In this document: positions 61,833 through 64,000 of the stretch, one piece after another
Layout of the letters: each line of letters starts with the position of its first letter
Numbering within the stretch: position 1 is the stretch's first letter
NCBI GenBank assembly: GCA_977017575.1
Contig: CDRNVI010000012.1
Span: forward strand, 434,001 to 498,000
DNA: 64,000 bases
Direction: 5' to 3'
Origin: Paramoeba atlantica
Taxonomy: Eukaryota; Protista; Discosea
Translations under genes and position numbers: made by a program
Notes under the pieces: generated by a model
The model's database searches: none
What the model was told of the DNA's origin: nothing
What the model saw: only the letters and a program-made list of their open reading frames with translations

Positions 61833-63296
61833 TCACTGTCGAACCGTGTCATTTATAGCTCGACGTATGGAGTGCCGAAGTACATCGCTACTAACAGATT
61901 CCCCTCTCCATGTTCTGAGCACTCGATTAGTAATTGAAACTGCCTGGGAAGGGGAGACGACCCGATCACGCACGTAAGGCTTCAGCTCTTCTGTAACTTC
62001 ACGTACCAACGGCAGGCTTCGGGCTGTCTGTGGCAATCTCGAAACGTTACCCCTTTGGTTGGAAATCACATTGGCAGAGGAATGAGGGTTAGTGTACATC
62101 ACACGATTGCCACCCTTTTCCCTCCACGGAGGCGAAGCTGTGGTCAAATTGTTGGAAATCGCAGTAGTGAGGGAAGGAATAGTGCGATGAGCGTAGGAGT
62201 GCAACGCATTGCGCATGTTCTGTCGGTGCGTTTCGGCCAAATCATTCTGATGCTTCCGAGATGCAAAGTCATGTATACCCTCCTGTCTTTGTTGTGTGTA
62301 CCACTCCTGGGCGGATCGAACGCCAGCGGTTGTGGAAAATTCGCCCGCGGGTAGAGATCTTGTGCTAGTCGACAGTGCAGGCGCCGGCGTACGCACAAAA
62401 CCCGGTACCTGGAGACTGCTACTGGATGCTACAAGCGTGTTCGAGGATGGCTGAATAGTTGTAGAAAATGTCGGTCGACGCGTTTCGCGTGGTGGTGTGT
62501 CTACCACTATGTGGGGTGCTCGCTGCGCCATAGGCCGGGTACTTCTTTGAGATTCCCTCGGATACTCGGTCCGGCGTGGCGTTTTGTCTCTCTCCGACAG
62601 AAAACTACTGTGTGTGTAAGCTAACTCGAGCAGCGATAGTTCCTCTCTATCCTCCTCCCGTTCCCGTCGTGGACAGGTCGGCGGAGTTGTGTTCGGGGAA
62701 TCAACCTCCACAAACGAGATCTCTCTCGGCGGCGTTGTGATCTCCACCTGCTCTCCACGACCCGGACTTCCTTCCCCCCTCGTTCTCTCCTCCCCCCTCC
62801 CCCTCACCGGCGTCTCCTCCCCGATCAAACTACACATCCCACAGAACCACTCCCCCTCCGGCACCCTCAACAACACCGGACGCAAACAATCACAATGCGC
62901 CGCCCCATCACACCCCTCCCGGGAACACAACAACAGCACCTCCTCCCGGTCCCCTTCTCTGCAAATGTCACACACAATCTCCTCTACCCCCTCCCCCTCC
63001 TCACTCTCCCCCTCCCCCCCCTCCCCCTCACTCCACGTGTAGGCCTCCTCGGGCCGCAGCACCTTCCGCCTCACCGTGGTCTGGGTGAGACAGCGGGGGG
63101 AGGGCTGGCCCTGGCGCACGTGGTGGAGGGACGCGATCTGTGCCCTGCACACGGGGCAGGTGCTCGCGGTGTGGGTGACCCAGTGCGTGATGCAGGGGAG
63201 GTGGAAGGTGTGGGGGCAGCAGGAGAGGGCGCAGAGGGCGAGCGGGGGGATGTCCCCGTCCGTGCCTGTGGGGTCGCAGATGACACAGGGGGGCAT
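61833..63296 (-). CDS. RING + PHD finger protein (PHRF1/SCAF11-like)
   Basis: RING: CVIC...CCPHTFHLPCI...CPVCR. PHD: CDIC...LLLC..GCD..AHCDC...PEGEWFCGMC. C-terminal helical segment ELKPYVRD. Confidence 0.8.
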   Translation of the reverse strand: MPPCVICDPTGTDGDIPPLALCALSCCPHTFHLPCITHWVTHTASTCPVCRAQIASLHHVRQGQPSPRCLTQTTVRRKVLRPEEAYTWSEGEGGEGESEEGEGVEEIVCDICREGDREEVLLLCSREGCDGAAHCDCLRPVLLRVPEGEWFCGMCSLIGEETPVRGRGEERTRGEGSPGRGEQVEITTPPREISFVEVDSPNTTPPTCPRREREEDREELSLLELAYTHSSFLSERDKTPRRTEYPRESQRSTRPMAQRAPHIVVDTPPRETRRPTFSTTIQPSSNTLVASSSSLQVPGFVRTPAPALSTSTRSLPAGEFSTTAGVRSAQEWYTQQRQEGIHDFASRKHQNDLAETHRQNMRNALHSYAHRTIPSLTTAISNNLTTASPPWREKGGNRVMYTNPHSSANVISNQRGNVSRLPQTARSLPLVREVTEELKPYVRDRVVSPSQAVSITNRVLRTWRGESVSSDVLRHSIRRAINDTVRQ

Positions 63297-63440
63297 AGGG
63301 GGGGGGGTAGTGGGGTAGAAGGTGGGGTGGAGAAGGTGGTAAGGTGTAGATGGTGGGGTTACATGGGGGGGTAGGAGGGTGTAGGCGTGGGGTAGAAAGA
63401 GAGAAGAGTGTAGAAGGGGAAAGTGGAAAGGAAGGTAGAG
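62640..63440. other. GC-rich skew-flip island G (switch near 63075)
   Basis: C-rich then G-rich on +; the G-rich arm continues about 140 bp upstream of the ATG. Confidence 0.85.
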
Positions 63441-63940
63441 GTTTTTTGGGGTGATTTCTGAAAGCTTAGGATATATAAATTGCGCTCTTCAACGGCCTTC
63501 GACACCCATCTTAGAAGTTCACGTTTCCATTTAAAAGCAGTCACCCGGATGACCATACACTGGGATGCTATACTAGACATTTCGACCCTCTGACATGGCT
63601 TAATCCAGAACATGAATTTCATCTTTGACATCTTTTGCTTAGCCGAAAAATAAGGGGCCAAACTGCTTAGCATTACCATTTTGCAGATGTTACTAACGCC
63701 GACCTTAGAGTAGGCAACCTAATCAAACGATAGAAATACCGTTTCTGTAAAAATTGATTTTATCAAGTTGGCAATTTTTTGGGGGGCAGTGAAAAAATTA
63801 GGAAACGAAAATTGATGAATTTTTAATCAGTAAAACCTTTTTATTATTTTACAATAAAAGTTTTACTCAGTTTTGCGAGCACTGTACACCCACTGTAGGT
63901 ACTGTATACCTAAAGTACGAAAAAATATTTAGTTTTACTT

Positions 63941-64000
63941 CCCCCCTGTTTAAGCGCACATGGTAAGTGAGCTTAAACGGGGGGTCTGAATCACTACGTA
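63941..64000. repeat. Hairpin-bearing transposon end (copy of 60914-60985)
   Basis: ccccctgtttaagcgcac atggtaa gtgagcttaaacggggggtctgaatcactacgta. Confidence 0.7.

Overview
Eukaryotic, intron-less, gene-dense nuclear DNA with kinetoplastid hallmarks. All 24 recognisable host genes lie head-to-tail on the minus strand (a polycistronic array). Several start with short MLRR-type mitochondrial presequences, and there is a PPR protein and a CDK with a CRK9-like motif. A Perkinsela/prokinetoplastid-like source is my inference; I could not verify it. Host genes include an MBL-fold protein (partial, absent from the ORF track), ATG16-like, PPR, CHCH, NAA15, PDS5, eIF4E, CDK11/CRK9-like, a multi-TM STE11-type kinase, RPL14, DDX55, non-catalytic PDI-like, SAM+SLX4-like, CLP1, XRCC3-like, RTF2, DUF179 and a RING-PHD protein. 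Long intergenic blocks (about 18.7-25.5, 34.7-37, 40.2-43.9, 46.3-49, 50.3-51.8, 58.7-61.8 kb) are nests of DNA transposons: a complete Merlin element (28-bp TIRs, 8-bp TSD), an IS30-family transposase flanked by inverted triplet repeats, Tc1/mariner and Merlin relics, several TA-flanked MITE families and a 585-bp foldback. Three window-scale patterns stand out. (1) At least seven GC-rich islands of about 0.7-1.3 kb flip from C-rich to G-rich at a central point, independent of gene boundaries. (2) The IS30-type element sits in a eukaryotic chromosome. (3) Every transposase remnant lies antisense to the gene array. All calls are by eye from motifs; no database searches were run.
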